A stretch of 64,000 nucleotides of DNA from Heterodontus francisci (GCF_036365525.1 NC_090399.1:53414430-53478429); one strand, 5' to 3'. Shown: positions 25,390-39,600, numbered from the stretch's first letter. Made by a program: numbers and translations. Notes: generated by a model from the letters alone, not told the origin.

Positions 25390-27205
25390 CAAGCAGCTGG
25401 TGTGTGTTCTTCTTTTGTCTTCAGGCGAGGAGATTGTAACTTGCTATCACTTTACTAAATCAGTAACTAGTTAACTAATCAATAAATAATAAGCTTTGAT
25501 AAACATGGCAGGACAGGTGGTGTACTGTAATGGCAACATGTGGGAGTTTGTGGAAAGCATAGCGATCCCGGAGAACCATAACTGCACTAAGTGTCTGCAG
25601 CTTGACCAACTTTGGCTCAGAGTTGTTGAAATGCTATCCAAACTGCAGACATTGCAGGGCATCAGGGAGAGGGAGAGTTACCTGGACCCTTTATTCGGGA
25701 GACAGTCATACCCCTTAGGTTAAGTAGAACTTTGAAGTTGGTCAATGATCAGGGACAGGAGGCTGTGACTACGAGTCAGGCAGGTATGGGGATCCAGGAT
25801 GTAGTGAGAGAGCCCCAGCCCTTGACTTTGACCAACGGGTACGAGGTATTTACTACCTGTGTAGATGAGAACAAGTACTGCAGGGTGGATGGGCAAGCTG
25901 CAATAGGGCACTTAAGTTGGGGGAGTGAAAAGGAACGTGGTAACGATAAGGGACCGTATAGTCAGGGGGATTTATACTGTTGCTGAAGCAGTTTGAGGAG
26001 TTAGGCTCCAAATCAAAATACAGAATCTCAAAGGTTATAATTGGCATGTGGTCAAGCAGATTAGACAATTAAATGCATAGCTCAAAGCGTGGTGTGGGAA
26101 GAAGGGGGTTTCAATTCATGGGGTCAGTACTGGGCAAAGAGGGAGCTGTTCTGTTGGGATGAGCTTCACTTAAACCAGGCTGCGATCAGTTTCCTGGTGA
26201 ATAGTATATCTGGGGCTCTGGATAGGGCTTGAAACTAAAAAGGAAGGGAGAATTCAGGTGAAGGAAGATTTAGAAATCTAAACAGAAAAGACCAGACAGT
26301 CATACAGTACAGTAATTTGGGTAAAGACAAGCAGAGTGGGACAGGAAAGGACAGAGCACTTAACGGTAATAACGCATCAGAGAATAAGGTTCATGCAAAG
26401 AATAGTTTAAAAAAAAAGTTAACGGCTCTTGATCTGAATGCACAAAGCAGTCATAATAAGGTAAATGAACTCATGGCATGAATAGAGATAAATGATTTTG
26501 TTCTAATCACTGTTACAGAGACACGGTTACAAGTTGACCAAGATTGGGAAATACATTTTCCAGGGCACACAAAATTTCAAAAAAGTCACAGAATGGAAAA
26601 GGAGGAGGTGTAGTCCTGATAATAAGGACAGTATTGAGATAGGACCTTGGCTCAGAGGATCAGGAAGTAGAATCATTAGAGGTGGAGATTAGGAATAACA
26701 AGGGTCAGAAAATGCTCATGGGAGTAGTTTATAGGCCCCCTAACCGTAGTTATATTATTGGCAAGAGTATTAAGCAAGAAATAATTGATGTCTGTAACAA
26801 AGGCAATTTAATAATTGTGGAGGACTTTAATCTTCATATGGACTGGACAAATCAAATTGGCAAAGGTAGTCTAGAAGATGGCTTTGTAGAATGCCTTCCA
26901 GGAAGAATACATTGTGGAACCAAACTAGGAGTAAACCTATTTTATTTCTAGTATTGTGCAATGAGGCAGGTTTACTTAGTAATCTCAGAGTAAATGATCA
27001 TCTGGGAAAAAGTAATAATCAGACAATTAACTTCCATCTTAAGTTTGAAAGTGACATGTCCAGTCCCAAACAAAAATCTTAAACTTCAACAAAGCCAATT
27101 ACAGAAGACAAATAGACTAATAGGGATGGTGGTAAATAAACAGAGGGAAACATGTAAAGAAACTATTCAAAATGTGCAAAATTAATTTCAATTATAAAGA
27201 AAATC
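25390..27205 (+). mobile_element. Decayed CR1 5' part (ORF1 Cys-rich/esterase + endonuclease)
   Basis: VVYCNGNMWE..NCTKCLQL (ORF1); GVVYRPPN and IVEDFNL (EN). Confidence 0.8.
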
Positions 27206-27211
27206 AGCAAG

Positions 27212-30200
27212 GGGATGGGGAATGGGCTGGTCAGACCCGAGATACTGGGACTGGGGGGTGGGGATGGGCTGGTCAGACCTGAGACACAGTGACTGGGGGA
27301 TGGGGGAAGGGCTGGTCAGACCTGAGACACAGTGACTGGGGGGTGGGGATGGGCTGGTCAGACCTGAGACACAGTGACTGGGGGATGGGGGAAGGGCTGG
27401 TCAGACCTCAGACACAGTGACTGGGGGATGGGGGAAGGGCTGGTCAGACCTGAGACACAGTGACTGGGGGATGGGGAATGGGCTGGTCAGACCCGAGATA
27501 CTGGGACTGGGGGATGGGGATGGGCTGGTCAGACCTGAGACACAGTGACTGGGGGATGGGAGATGAGCTGGTCAGACCTGAGGCACAGTGACTGCGGGAT
27601 GGGGGAAGGGCTGGTCAGACCTGAGACACAGTGACTGGGGGATGGGGAATGGGCTGGTCAGACCCGAGATACAGGGACTGGGGGATGGGGATGGGCTGGT
27701 CAGACCTGAGACACAGTGACTGGGGGATGGGAGATGAGCTGGTCAGACCTGAGACACAGTGACTGGGGGATGGGGGAAGGGCTGGTCAGACCTGAGACAC
27801 AGTGAGTGGGGGATGGGGAATGGGCTGGTCAGACCTGAGACACAGTAACTGGGCAGTGGGGAATGGGGTGGTCAGAACTGAGACACTGGGACTGGGGGAT
27901 GGGGAATGGGCTGGTCAGACCCGAGATACTGGGACTTGGGGATGGGGAATGGGCTGGTCAGACCCGAGATACTGGGACTTTGGGATGGGGAATGGGCTGG
28001 TCAGACCTGAGACACTGGGACTGGGGGATGGGGAATGAGCTGGTCAGACCCGAGATACTGGGACTGGGGGGTGGGGATGGGCTGGTCAGACCAGAGACAC
28101 TGGGACTGGGGGATGGGGATGGGCAGGTCAGACCTGAAACACAGTGACTGGGGGATGGGGAATGGGCTGGTCAGACCCGAGATACTGGGACTGGGGGATG
28201 GGGGATGGGCTGGTCAGACCCGAGACACTGGGACTGGGGGATGGGGAATGGGCTGGTCAGACCCGAGATACTGGGACTGGGGGATGGGGATGGGCTGGTC
28301 AGACCTGAGACACTGAGACTGGGGGATGGGCTGGACAGATCTGAGACACAGGCACTGGGGGATAGGGCATGGGCTGGTCAGACGCGAGACACAGTGACTG
28401 GGGGATGGGGAATGGGCTGGTCAGACCTGAGACACTGGGACTGGGGGATAGGGAATGGGCTGGTCAGACCTGAGACACTGGGACTGGGGGATGAGGGATG
28501 GGGGATGGGCTGGTCAGACCTGAGACACTGGGACTGGAGGATGGGGGATGGGCAGGTCAGGCCTGAGACGCAGTGACTGGGGGATGGGGAATGGGCTGGT
28601 CAGACCTGAGACAGTGGGACTGGGGGATGGGGAATCGGCTGGTCAGACCTGAGACACTGGGACTGGGGGATGGGGGATGACTGGTCAGACCTGAGACACT
28701 GGGACTGGGGGATGGGCTGGTCAGACCTGAGACACTGGGACTGCGGGGATGGGGGAATCGGCTGTTCAGACCGGAGACACTGGGACTGCGGGGATGGGGG
28801 ATGGGCTGGTCAGACCCGAGACACTGGGACTGGGAGATGGGGGATGAGCTGGTCAGACCTGAGACACTGGGACTGCGGGGATGGGGAATGGGCTGGTTAG
28901 ACCCGAGACAGTGGGACTGGGAGATGGGGGATGAGCTGGTCAGACATGAGACACTGGGACTGGGGGATGGGGGTTGGTCTGTTCAGACCTGAGACACTGG
29001 GACTGTGGGGATGGGGAATGGGCTGGTCAGACCCGAGACAGTGGGACTGGGAGATGGGGGATGAGCTGGTCAGACATGAGACACTGGGACTGGGGGATGG
29101 GGGTTGGGCTGGTCAGACCTGAGGCACTGGGACTGGGAGATGGGGAATGGGCTGGTCAGACCCGAGACAGTGGGACTGGGAGATGGGGGATGAGCTGGTC
29201 AGACATGAGACACTGGGACTGGGGGATGGGGGTTGGGCTGGTCAGACATGAGACACTGGGACTGCCGGGATGGGGGATGGGCTGGTCAGACCTGAGACAC
29301 TGGGAATGGGGGATGGTCTGGTCAGACCCGAGACACTGGGACTGGGGGATGGGGGATGGACTGCTCAGACTCGAGACACTGGGACTGGGGGATGGGCTGG
29401 TCAGACCCGAGGCACTGGGACTGGGAGATGGGGGATGGGCTGGTCAGACCCGGGAAAATGGGAGTGGGGGGATGGGCTGGTCAGACTCGAGACACTGGGA
29501 CTGGGGGATGGGGGATGGTCTGGTCAGACCCGAGACACTGGGACTGGGGGATGGGCTGGTCAGACTCGAGACACTGGGACTGGGGGATGGGCTGGTCAGA
29601 CCCGAGGCACTGGCACTGGGAGACGGGGGATGGGCTGGTCAGACCTGAGATGCTGGGAATGGGGGTTGGGCTGGACAGACCCGAGATACTGGGACTGGGG
29701 GATGGGGAATGGGCTGGTCAGACCCGAGAAACTGGGACTGGGGGATGGGGATGGGCTGCTCAGACCTGAGACACTGAGACTGGGGGATGGGGGATGGGCT
29801 GGTCAGACCTGAGACACTGGGACTGGGGGATGGGGGATGGGCTGGTCAGACGCGAGACACAGTGACTGGGGGATGGGGAATGGGCTGGTCAGACCCGAGA
29901 TACTGGGACTGGGGGATGAGGGATGGGGGATGGGCTGGTCAGACCTGAGACACTGGGACAGGGGGATGGGGAATGGGCTGGTCAGACCTGAGACACTGGG
30001 ACTGGGGGATGAGGGATGGGGGATGGGCTGGTCAGACCTGAGACACTGGGACTGGAGGATGGGGGATGGGCAGGTCAGGCCTGAGACGCATTGACTGGGG
30101 GATGGCGAATGGGCTGGTCAGACCTGAGACACTGGGAGTGGGGGATGGGGGATGGTCTGGTCAGACACGAGTAACTGGGTCTGGGGGATGGGGGATGGGC

Positions 30201-33200
30201 TGGTCAGACCTGAGACACTGGGACTGCGGGGATGGGGGAATCGGCTGTTCAGACCTCAGACACTGGGACTGCGGGGATGGGGGATGGGCTGGTCAGACCT
30301 GAGACACTGGGGGATGGGGGTTGGTCTGGTCAGACCTGAGACACTGGGACTGCGGGGATGGGGAATGGGCTGGTCAGACCCGAGACACTGGGACTGGGAG
30401 ATGGGGGATGAGCTGGTCAGACATGAGACACTGGGACTGGGGGATGGGGGTTGGGCTGGTCAGACCTGAGGCACTGGGACTGGGAGATGGGGGATGTTCT
30501 GGTCAGACCTGAGACACTGGGACTGCAGGGATGGGGGATGGGCTGGTCAGACCTGAGACACTGGGATTGCGGGGATGGGGGATGGGCTGGTCAGACCTGA
30601 GACGCTGGCACTGCGGGGATGGGGGATGGGCTGGCCAGACCTGAGACACTGGGGATGGGGGATGGTCTGGTCAGACCCGAGACACTGGGACTGGGGGATG
30701 GGGGATGGGCTGGTCAGACTCGAGACATTGGGACTGGGGGATGGGCTGGTCAGACCCGAGGCACTGGGACTGGGAGATGGGGGATGGGCTGGTCAGACCC
30801 GAGACAATGGGACTGGGGGGGTGGGCTGGTCAGACTCAAGACACTGGGACTGGGGGATTGGGGTTGGTCTGGTCAGACCCGAGACACTAGGACTGGGGGA
30901 TGGGGGATGGTCTGGTCAGACCCGAGACACTGGGACTGGGGGATGAGGGATGGGCTGGTCAGATCCGAGATACTGGGACTGGGGGATGGGGATGGGCTGG
31001 TCAGACCTGAGACACTTGGACTGGGGGATGGGGAATGGGCTGGTCAGACCCGAGATACTGGGACTGGGGGATGGGGGATGGGCTGCTCAGACCTGAGACA
31101 CTGGGACTGGGGGATGGTGGAAGGTCTGGTCAGACCTGAGACACTGGGACTGGGGGATGGGGGAAGGTCTGGTTAGACCTGAGACACTGGAACTGGGGGA
31201 TGGGGATGGGCTGGTCAGACCTGAGACACTGGGACTGGGGGATGGGGGAATCGGCTGGTCAGACCTGAGACACTGGGACTGCAGGGATGGGGGATGGGCT
31301 GGTCAGACCTGAGACACTGGGGGATGGGGGATGGGCTGGTCAGACCTGAGGCACTGGGACTGGGAGATGGGGGATGTTCTGGTCAGACCTGAGACACTGG
31401 GACTGCGGGGATGGTCTGGTCAGACCCGAGACACTGGGACTGGGGGATGGGGGATGGGCTGGTCAGACTCGAGACACTGGGACTGGGGCTATCGGCTGGT
31501 CAGACCCGAGGCACTGGGACTGGGGGGATGGTCTGGTCAGACCCGAGACACTGGGACTGGGGGGATGGGCTGGTCAGACTCGAGACACTGGGACTGGGGG
31601 ATGGGCTGGTCAGACCCGAGGCACTGGGACTGGGAGATGGGGGATGGGCTGGTCAGACCTGAGATGCTGGGAATGGGAGATGGGCTGGTCAGACCTGAGA
31701 TACTGGGACTGGGGGGGTGGGGATGGGCTGGTCACACCTGAGACACTGGGACTGGGGGATGGGGAATGGGCTGGTCAGACCCGAGATACTGGGACTGGGG
31801 GATGGGGATGGGCTGCTCAGACCTGAGACACTGGAACTGGGGAATGGGGGATGGGCTGGTCAGACCTGAGACACTGGGACTGGGGGATGGGGGAAGGTCT
31901 GGTCAGACCTGAGACACTGGGACTGGGGGATGGGGATGGGCTGGTCAGACCTGAAACACAGTGACTGGGGGATGGGGAATGGGCTGGTCAGACCCGAGAT
32001 ACTGGGACTGGGGGATGGGGGATGGGCTGGTCAGACCTGAGACACTGGGACTGGGGGATGGGGATGGGCTGGTCAGACCTGAGACACTGGGACTGGGGGA
32101 TGGGGGATGGGCTGCTCAGACCTGAGACACTGGGACTGGGGGATGGGGGAAGGTCTGGTCAGACCTGAGACACTGGGACTGGGGGATGGGGGAAGGTCTG
32201 GTTAGACCTGAGACACTGGAACTGGGGGATGGGGATGGGCTGGTCAGACCTGAGACACTGGGACTGGGGGATGGGGGAATCAGCTGGTCAGACCTGAGAC
32301 ACTGGGACTGCAGGGATGGGGGATGGGCTGGTCAGACCTGAGACACTGGGGGATGGGGGATGGGCTGGTCAGACCTGTGGCACTGGGACTGGGAGATGGG
32401 GGATGTTCTGGTCAGACCTGAGACACTGGGACTGCGGGGATGGTCTGGTCAGACCCGAGACACTGGGACTGGGGGATGGGGGATGGGCTGGTCAGACTCA
32501 AGACACTGGGACTGGGGGATAGGCTGGTCAGACCCGAGGCACTGGGACTGGGAGATGGGGGATGGGCTGGTCAGACCAGAGACACTGGGACTGGGGGGAT
32601 GGGCTGGTCAGACTCGAGACACTGGGACTGGGGGATGGGGGATGGTCTGGTCAGACCCGAGACACTGGAACTGGGGGATGGGGGATGGGCTGGTCAGACT
32701 CGAGACTGGGACTGGGGGATGGGCTGGTCAGACCCGAGGCACTGGGACTGGGAGATGGGGGATGGGCTGGTCAGACCTGAGATGCTGGGAATGGGGGATG
32801 GGCTGGTCAGACCTGAGATACTGGGACTGGGGGGGTGGTGATGGGCTGGTCACACCCGAGATACTGGGACTGGGGGATGGGGATGGGCTGCTCAGACCTG
32901 AGACACTGGAACTGGGGAATGGGGGATGGGCTGGTCAGACCTGAGACACTGGGACTGGGGGATGGGGGAAGGTCTGGTCAGACCTGAGACACTGGGACTG
33001 GGGGATGGGGATGGGCTGGTCAGACCTGAAACACAGTGACTGGGGGATGGGGAATGGGCTGGTCAGACCCGAGATACTGGGACTTGGGGATGGGGGATGG
33101 GCTGGTCAGACCTGAGACACTGGGACTGGAGGATGGGGATGGGCTGGTCAGACCTGAGACACTGGGACTGGGGGATGGGGAATGGGCTGGTCAGACCTGA

Positions 33201-34183
33201 GACACTGGGACTGGGGGATGGGGGATGGGCTGGTCAGACCCGAGACACAGTGACTGGGGGATGGGGAATGGGCTGGTCAGACCTGAGACACTGGGACTGG
33301 GGGATGGGGAATGGGCTGGTCAGACCTGAGACACTGGGACTGGGGAATGGGGGATGGGCTGGTCAGACCTGAGACACTGGGACTGGAGGATGGGGGATGG
33401 GCTGGTCAGGCCTGAGACGCAGTGACTGGGGGATGGGTATGGGCTGGTCAGACCTGAGACTGGGACTGGGGGATGGGGAATCGGCTGGTCAGACCTGAGA
33501 CACTGGGAGTGGGGGATGGGCTGGTCAGACACGATTAACTGGGACTGGGGGATGGGGGATGGGCTGGTCAGACCCGAGACACTGGGACTTGGGGATGGGG
33601 GAATCGGCTGGTCAGACCTGAGACACTGGGACTGCGGGGATGGGGGATGGGCTGGTCAGACCTGAGACACTGGGGGATGGGCTGGTCAGACCCGAGACAC
33701 TAGGACTGGGGGATGGGGGATGGGCTGGTCAGACCCTAGACACTGGGACTGTTGGATGGGAGATGGGCTGGTCAGACCTGAGACAGTGGGGCTGGGGGAT
33801 GGGGGTATCGGCTGGTCAGACCTGAGACACTGGGACTGCGGGGATGGGGGAATCGGCTGGTCAGACCTGAGACACTGGGGGATGGGGGATGGTCTGGTCA
33901 GACCTGAGACACAGTGACTGGGGGATGGGGGATGGTCTGGTCAGACCCGAGTCACACTGGGACTGGGGGATGGGGGATGGGCTGGTCAGACCCGAGGAAC
34001 TGGGACTGGGGGGATGGGGGATGGGCTGGTCAGACTCGAGACACTGGGACTGGGGGATGGTCTGGTCAGACCCGAGACACTGGGACTGGGGGGATGGGGG
34101 ATGGGCTGGTCAGACCCGAGACACCAGGACTGGGGTATGGGGGATGGGCTGGTCAGACCCGAGACACTGGGACTGGGGGATGG
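27212..34183. repeat. G-rich ~37-43 bp minisatellite, ~7 kb, in intron 4 of the class I gene
   Basis: Unit GGGCTGGTCAGACCTGAGACACTGGGACTGGGGGATGGGGGAT, roughly 160 copies. Confidence 0.97.
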
Positions 34184-34729
34184 GTGAAATTAACATCCTG
34201 AGAAAAGATTGTCGAAACATCCCAATAATTCTATGCATTAAATTCAGTCAGGAGGTAGTCATGTTCATGACACATGCAATGAGTGTGACAGAACTGAGTG
34301 ATAAATACAAGTATGTGTGTACAATGAATATTTAAGAAAGATCTCTAAGATAAAAGTAACAGATTTCCAGTCTGTTACACTTACATTGAGGGAATTTGAA
34401 GCAATCTTGTTCAGAGCAAATATTTTGCAGCTGATTAATGCTCATCGACACTTTATTTCCCACAATCACTAAACAGAGAATGTCAATCATTTAAAAGATG
34501 CAGAGAGACTCCCAACAATAGAAATAACTTCACAAACAGAAAAGAGAAGCCAGACCTTTCTTCCTGGTTTCTGACCTAAAGCCCCCAGAGCTAACAATCT
34601 ATTCAGTTTCAAGCTAATTCCAATCTCAGAATTCTCTGAATGTGCAGCAATGAGTCTGTGTTTACTTAATAACCATTAGATTTTGTGGCTTAAGTGGACA
34701 CAGCTGCACATGAGCAGAGCAATTCGCAA

Positions 34730-35910
34730 GGAAAGACTTACATTTTCATAGCGTCTTTCACTAACTCAGAACATCCGAAAGCTCTTTACAGCTTTTTGAA
34801 GTGTAGTTACTGCTGCAATATAGGAAATGCATCAGAATATTTACACACTGCAACCTCCCACAAACAGTAATTTAATAGTGACTAGAAAATATTTTGGTCA
34901 GGACAGCAGGGAGAACTTCCCTGCCCTTCTTCGAAATAGTGCCATGGGATATTTAAATCCATCTGAGAGGGCAGACTGGGGCGTATTTTAATGTCTCATA
35001 GAACGATGGCAACTGTTAGTGCAGCACTCCCTCAGTACTGACCCTCTGACAAGACTGCACTCCCTCAGTAATGCCCCCTCCAACAGCGCAGCACTGCCTC
35101 AAAAATGACCCTCCAACAGTGCAGCACTGCCTCAGTACCGACCCTCTGACAAGACTGCACTCCCTCAGTAATGCCCCCTCCAACAGCGCAGCACTGCCTC
35201 AGTACTGGCCCTCTTCCGACAGTGCAGCAATGCCTCAGTACTGGCCCTCTTCCGACAGTGCAGCACTGCCTCAGTACTGGCCCTCTTCCGACAGCGCAGC
35301 ACTGCCTCAGTACTGGCCCTCTTCCGACAGCGCAGCACTGCCTCAGTACTGGCCCTCTTCCGACAGCGCAGCACTGCCTCAGTACTGGCCCTCTTCCGAC
35401 AGCGCAGCACTGCCTCAGTACTGGCCCTCTTCCGACAGCGCAGCACTGCCTCAGTACTGGCCCTCTTCCGACAGCGCAGCACTGCCTCAGTACTGGCCCT
35501 CCGACAGTACGGCACTCCCTCAGTACTGGTCCTCCGACAGTACGGCACTCCCTCAGTACTGGCCCTCTTCCGACAGTGCAGCACTGCCTCAGTACTGGCC
35601 CTCTTCCGACAGCGCAGCACTGCCTCAGTACTGGCCCTCTTCCGACAGCGCAGCACTGCCTCAGTACTGGCCCTCTTCCGACAGCGCAGCACTGCCTCAG
35701 TACTGGCCCTCTTCCGACAGCGCAGCACTGCCTCAGTACTGGCCCTCTTCCGACAGCGCAGCACTGCCTCAGTACTGGCCCTCTTCCGACAGCGCAGCAC
35801 TGCCTCAGTACTGGCCCTCCGACAGTACGGCACTCCCTCAGTACTGGTCCTCCGACAGTGCGGCACTCCCTCAATACTGCAATGGAGTGTCAGCCTAGCT
35901 TTTGTGCTCA
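34730..35910 (-). mobile_element. Deu-domain SINE (SacSINE/AmnSINE-like) containing an internally amplified minisatellite
   Basis: CCCTGCCCTTCTTCGAAATAGTGCCATGGGAT..CAGCACTCCCTCAGTACTG on the left and GGAGTGTCAGCCTAG on the right of the array. Confidence 0.6.
35020..35880. repeat. 36/33 bp minisatellite
   Basis: GCACTGCCTCAGTACTGGCCCTCTTCCGACAGCGCA tandem, about 24 copies, many identical. Confidence 0.95.
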
Positions 35911-36201
35911 GAAGTCTAATTGTGCTCAGTTTTCCCTGTCCACAACGTCTCTCTTGACCCCTCCACTACCTGTGTGTTGCTAGTCCGAGATCCAGGGTGG
36001 AATTTTTACTTGCTGCTCGGGTGTGAATCTTGTCCTCGTAACAATGGAAATCAGGTATTTTCTACGAGCAGACGTGTGAGATTCAGCAGTGAGGCTGTTT
36101 CCTGGGCTGTACAATGTCATCTCGGAGATTGAACAAAGACAACACACAGACAGACAGGCTGGGAATAGAGAGACAATCCTGACATTTTAAATATGTTTCA
36201 G

Positions 36202-36321
36202 AAATGCCAGAAAACAGTGGGGGACAATTCCTGCTTGGAATTATAACTGGATCAGTGATCGCTGCACCGGCTGTTATATTGGGAATAATCGGAATAGTCA
36301 TCTGGAAAAGGCAACAGAGAG
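36202..36321 (+). CDS. MHC class I heavy chain exon 5 (connecting peptide + transmembrane + stop-transfer)
   Basis: Acceptor tgtttcag|, donor G|GTAAGA, 120 nt, phase 1. Translation EMPENSGGQFLLGIITGSVIAAPAVILGIIGIVIWKRQQR. Confidence 0.88.
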
Positions 36322-36329
36322 GTAAGAAA

Positions 36330-37450
36330 CAGAGAGAGAGGAATGTGGAATGGAAGGGACAGAGTGAGTGTGAAGGAATCTCCAGTACTGGGAGTACAGG
36401 ACACTGAGAGGGGAGAGTGAGAGACAGGGAGTGTGGAACTGAGGGGACAGAGTGAGTGTGAGGGAATCTCCAGTACTGGGAGTACAGGACCCTGAGAGGG
36501 GAGAGTGAGAGAGAGGGAATGTAGAACTGAGGGGACAGAGAGAGAGTGAGGGAATCTCCAGTACTGGGAGTACAGGACATTGAGGGCGAGAGTGAGAGAG
36601 AGGGAATGTAGAACTGAGGGGACAGAGTGAGTGTGAGGGAATCTCCAGTACTGGGAGTACAGGACCCTGAGAGGGGAGAGTGAGAGAGAGGGAATGTAGA
36701 ACTGAGGGGACAGAGTGAGTGTGAGGGAATCTCCAGTAGTGGGAGTACAGGACCCTGAGAGGGGAGAGTGAGAGACAGGGAATGTGGAACTGAGGGGACA
36801 GAGTGAGTGTGAGGGAATCTCCAGTAGTGGGAGTACAGGACCCTGAGAGGGGAGAGTGAGAGAGAGGGAATGTAGAACTGAGGGGACAGAGTGAGTGTGA
36901 GGGAATCTCCAGTACTGGGAGTACAGGACCCTGAGAGGGGAGAGGGAGAGAGAGGGAATGTAGAACTGAGGGGACAGAATGAGTGTGAGGGAATCTCCAG
37001 TACTGGGAGTACAGGACCCTGAGAGGGGAGAGGGAGAGAGAGGGAATGTAGAACTGAGGGGACAGAATGAGTGTGAGGGAATCTCCAGTACTGGGAGTAC
37101 AGTACATTGAGGGGGAGAGTGAGAGAGGGAATGTAGAACTGAGGGGACAGAGTGAGTGTGAGGGAATCTCCAGTACTGGGAGTACATGACACATAGAGGG
37201 GAGAGTGAGAGAGGGGAATGTGGAACTGAGGGGACAGAGTGAGTGTGAGGGAATCTCCAGTAGTGGGAGTACAAGACACTGAGAGGGGAGAGTGAGGGAG
37301 AGGGGAATGTGGAACTGAGGGAACAGAGTGAGTGTGAGGGAATCTCCAGTCGTGGGAGTACAAGACACTGAGAGGGGAGAGTGAGAGAGAGGGGACAGAG
37401 TGAGTGTGGAGAAATCTCCAATACTCAGCATTGAGAGGAGAGAGTGAGGG
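36330..37450. repeat. Purine-rich ~90 bp minisatellite after the TM exon
   Basis: GGAATGTAGAACTGAGGGGACAGAGTGAGTGTGAGGGAATCTCCAGTACTGGGAGTACAGGACCCTGAGAGGGGAGAGTGAGAGAGAG repeated about 12 times. Confidence 0.92.
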
Positions 37451-37469
37451 ACTGGGGTATTTTATAGGA

Positions 37470-39600
37470 TTAAATGGAATTTATAGAAAACACAGGCCAT
37501 TCGACCCAACAGCTTTGTCCTGGTGTTTCTGTCCCACATGGGCCTCCTCCCATCATACTGTATCTAACCCTATCAGCACATCCTGTTATTTCTTTCTCCC
37601 TCATCTATTTATCTAGCTTCTCCCTAATGCATCTATCAAATCACCTCCACTACTCCCTGTGGTAGTGAGTTCCACAGTCTGCATAAAGAAGTTTCTTCTG
37701 AATTCCTTATTGAATTTATTCATGACTGTTTTATCTTCAAGGCCTCTAGTTTTGGACAACCCACAAGTGGCAACATCCTCTACACATCTACCCTATTGGA
37801 TATCGAGATCAAAACTGTTCACTTGACTCTGTGGTCCAACCAAGAGTCTTTCTTAGTTTAATATAACTTCTCTATTTTCAGTTCTATTCCTGTGGAAATG
37901 AACCCCAGTCGTTTATATATTGCAAAAAAATCAGTCATTCCAGCATTGACGCTTGGGGAACATCACTGTCGACCATCCTCCAGTCTGAAACAACCATTTA
38001 CTACAACTCACTCTTGTCTGTACTTAAGCCAGTTTTTTTTATCCAATTGGACACTGACCCTCCTATTCCATGAACCTCAATTTTGCTAACCACTCTTTTA
38101 TGTGTTACCTCATCAAATGCTTTTTAAAAATCCACATAAACAACAACCACTGTATTCCCTTCATCAACTTTCTCTATTACTTCATCAAAACATTCAGTTG
38201 AATTAGTTGAGCATGATCTGCCTTTTATAAATCCATGCTGCCTATCCTGAACTAACTCAAATCTCTTTAAGTGCTTGTTGATATTTCCCCTGATTATTGT
38301 TTCGAAAACCTTACCCACCAATGATATTAAATATTTAGTACCTCCCCCCCCTTCCATTACCATACCCATTTCCTCTCCCCTTTCTGCTTCTACTGATATT
38401 TTGTCAGATTCCTCTTCCTTAGTGAACATTGATACAAAGTACTCAAAGTGTATTAACCTTGCCCTGCATCTCTCAGCATATATCAGTCTTTTTGTCCCTA
38501 ATAGGCCTCACTCCTCCTCTTCCGACCCATTTACTATTTACATGCTGATAGAAAATCTTTGGGTTCCCTTTTATGTTGATTGCCATTCTATTTTTGTGCT
38601 CTCTCTTTGCTGTTCTTATTTTCCTCTTCACTTCCCCTCTCAACCTATTGTATATGGCCTGGTTCTCACTTGAAGAATTTTCCTGACATGCATCTTACAC
38701 CCTCTTCTTTTATTTGCATCATAATCTCTATCTCCCTCATCATCCAAGGAGCCCTGTTTTTGGTTCCCTTACCTTTTGCATTTGTTGGAATGTTCCTAGC
38801 CTGTACTTGAAACATCTCTTCCTTAAAGATAACCCATTGTTCCGATACAGCTTTTCCTGCTTTGATACAATTTTATCCTTCTCATCGCATTAAAATTAGT
38901 CCTCTTCTAATCTAGACATTCTCCCTTATTTTGTTCCTTGCTTTTCTGCATTACTAGTCTAGACCTTATGATACAATGATCACTCTTACCCAAGTTTTCC
39001 CCCACAGACACTTGATCCATGTGGCCCACCTCATTTCCCACATCAGATCCAGTAATGTCTCCTTTCTAGTTGGGATGAGAACATACTGATCTAGGAAGTT
39101 CTCCTGAAAATATTTCAAAAATTCCACCCCCTCTTTACCCTTTACTCTAAAATTATCCCAATTGATATTTGGGTAATTAAAGTCCCCCAATATCACCACT
39201 CTATAGTTCTTGTGCATCTCTGTAATTTCCCTGCAGATTTGCTCCTCTATCTCTCTCCCACTATTTGGAGGTCTATAGAATTCCCCGAGTAACATGATCA
39301 AACTCCTTTTGCTCCTCAACTCTAACCAAATGGATTCTGTCCTTGCCCCTTCGAGGACGTCCTCCCTTTCCAACACGACAATGTCTGCCCTGATCAGTAC
39401 TGGCACCTTCCCTCCCTTTTTTTCTTTCTCTATCTTTTCTGAACATTTTATATCCTTGTACATAAAGCACCACGTCCTCACCATTTTTAAGCCACGTTTC
39501 CGTTATTGTCACTACATCATATTCCCAGACTGCTATTTGTGCTTGTAGCTCACCAACCTTATTCACCACACTTTGTGTATTTCAACATGCATTGTAATCC
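37470..39600 (-). mobile_element. Decayed, internally deleted CR1 LINE (EN + RT pieces)
   Basis: YDVVTITETWL, YRPPN, LGDFNYPNINW and QHGFIKGRSC on the minus strand. Confidence 0.85.

Noticed and set aside
27802-34335. Trp/Gly-rich ORFs
   Set aside because: Translations of the G-rich minisatellite; variable unit length breaks the frame.
8436-36321. Assignment as classical UAA, or a specific non-classical lineage symbol
   Set aside because: Most N-terminal anchor residues and the alpha2 disulfide are lost, which argues against UAA. The lineage cannot be named without a phylogeny.
35065-37431. Long repetitive ORFs on both strands
   Set aside because: Minisatellite translations. Only 36202-36321 has splice signals and a TM segment.
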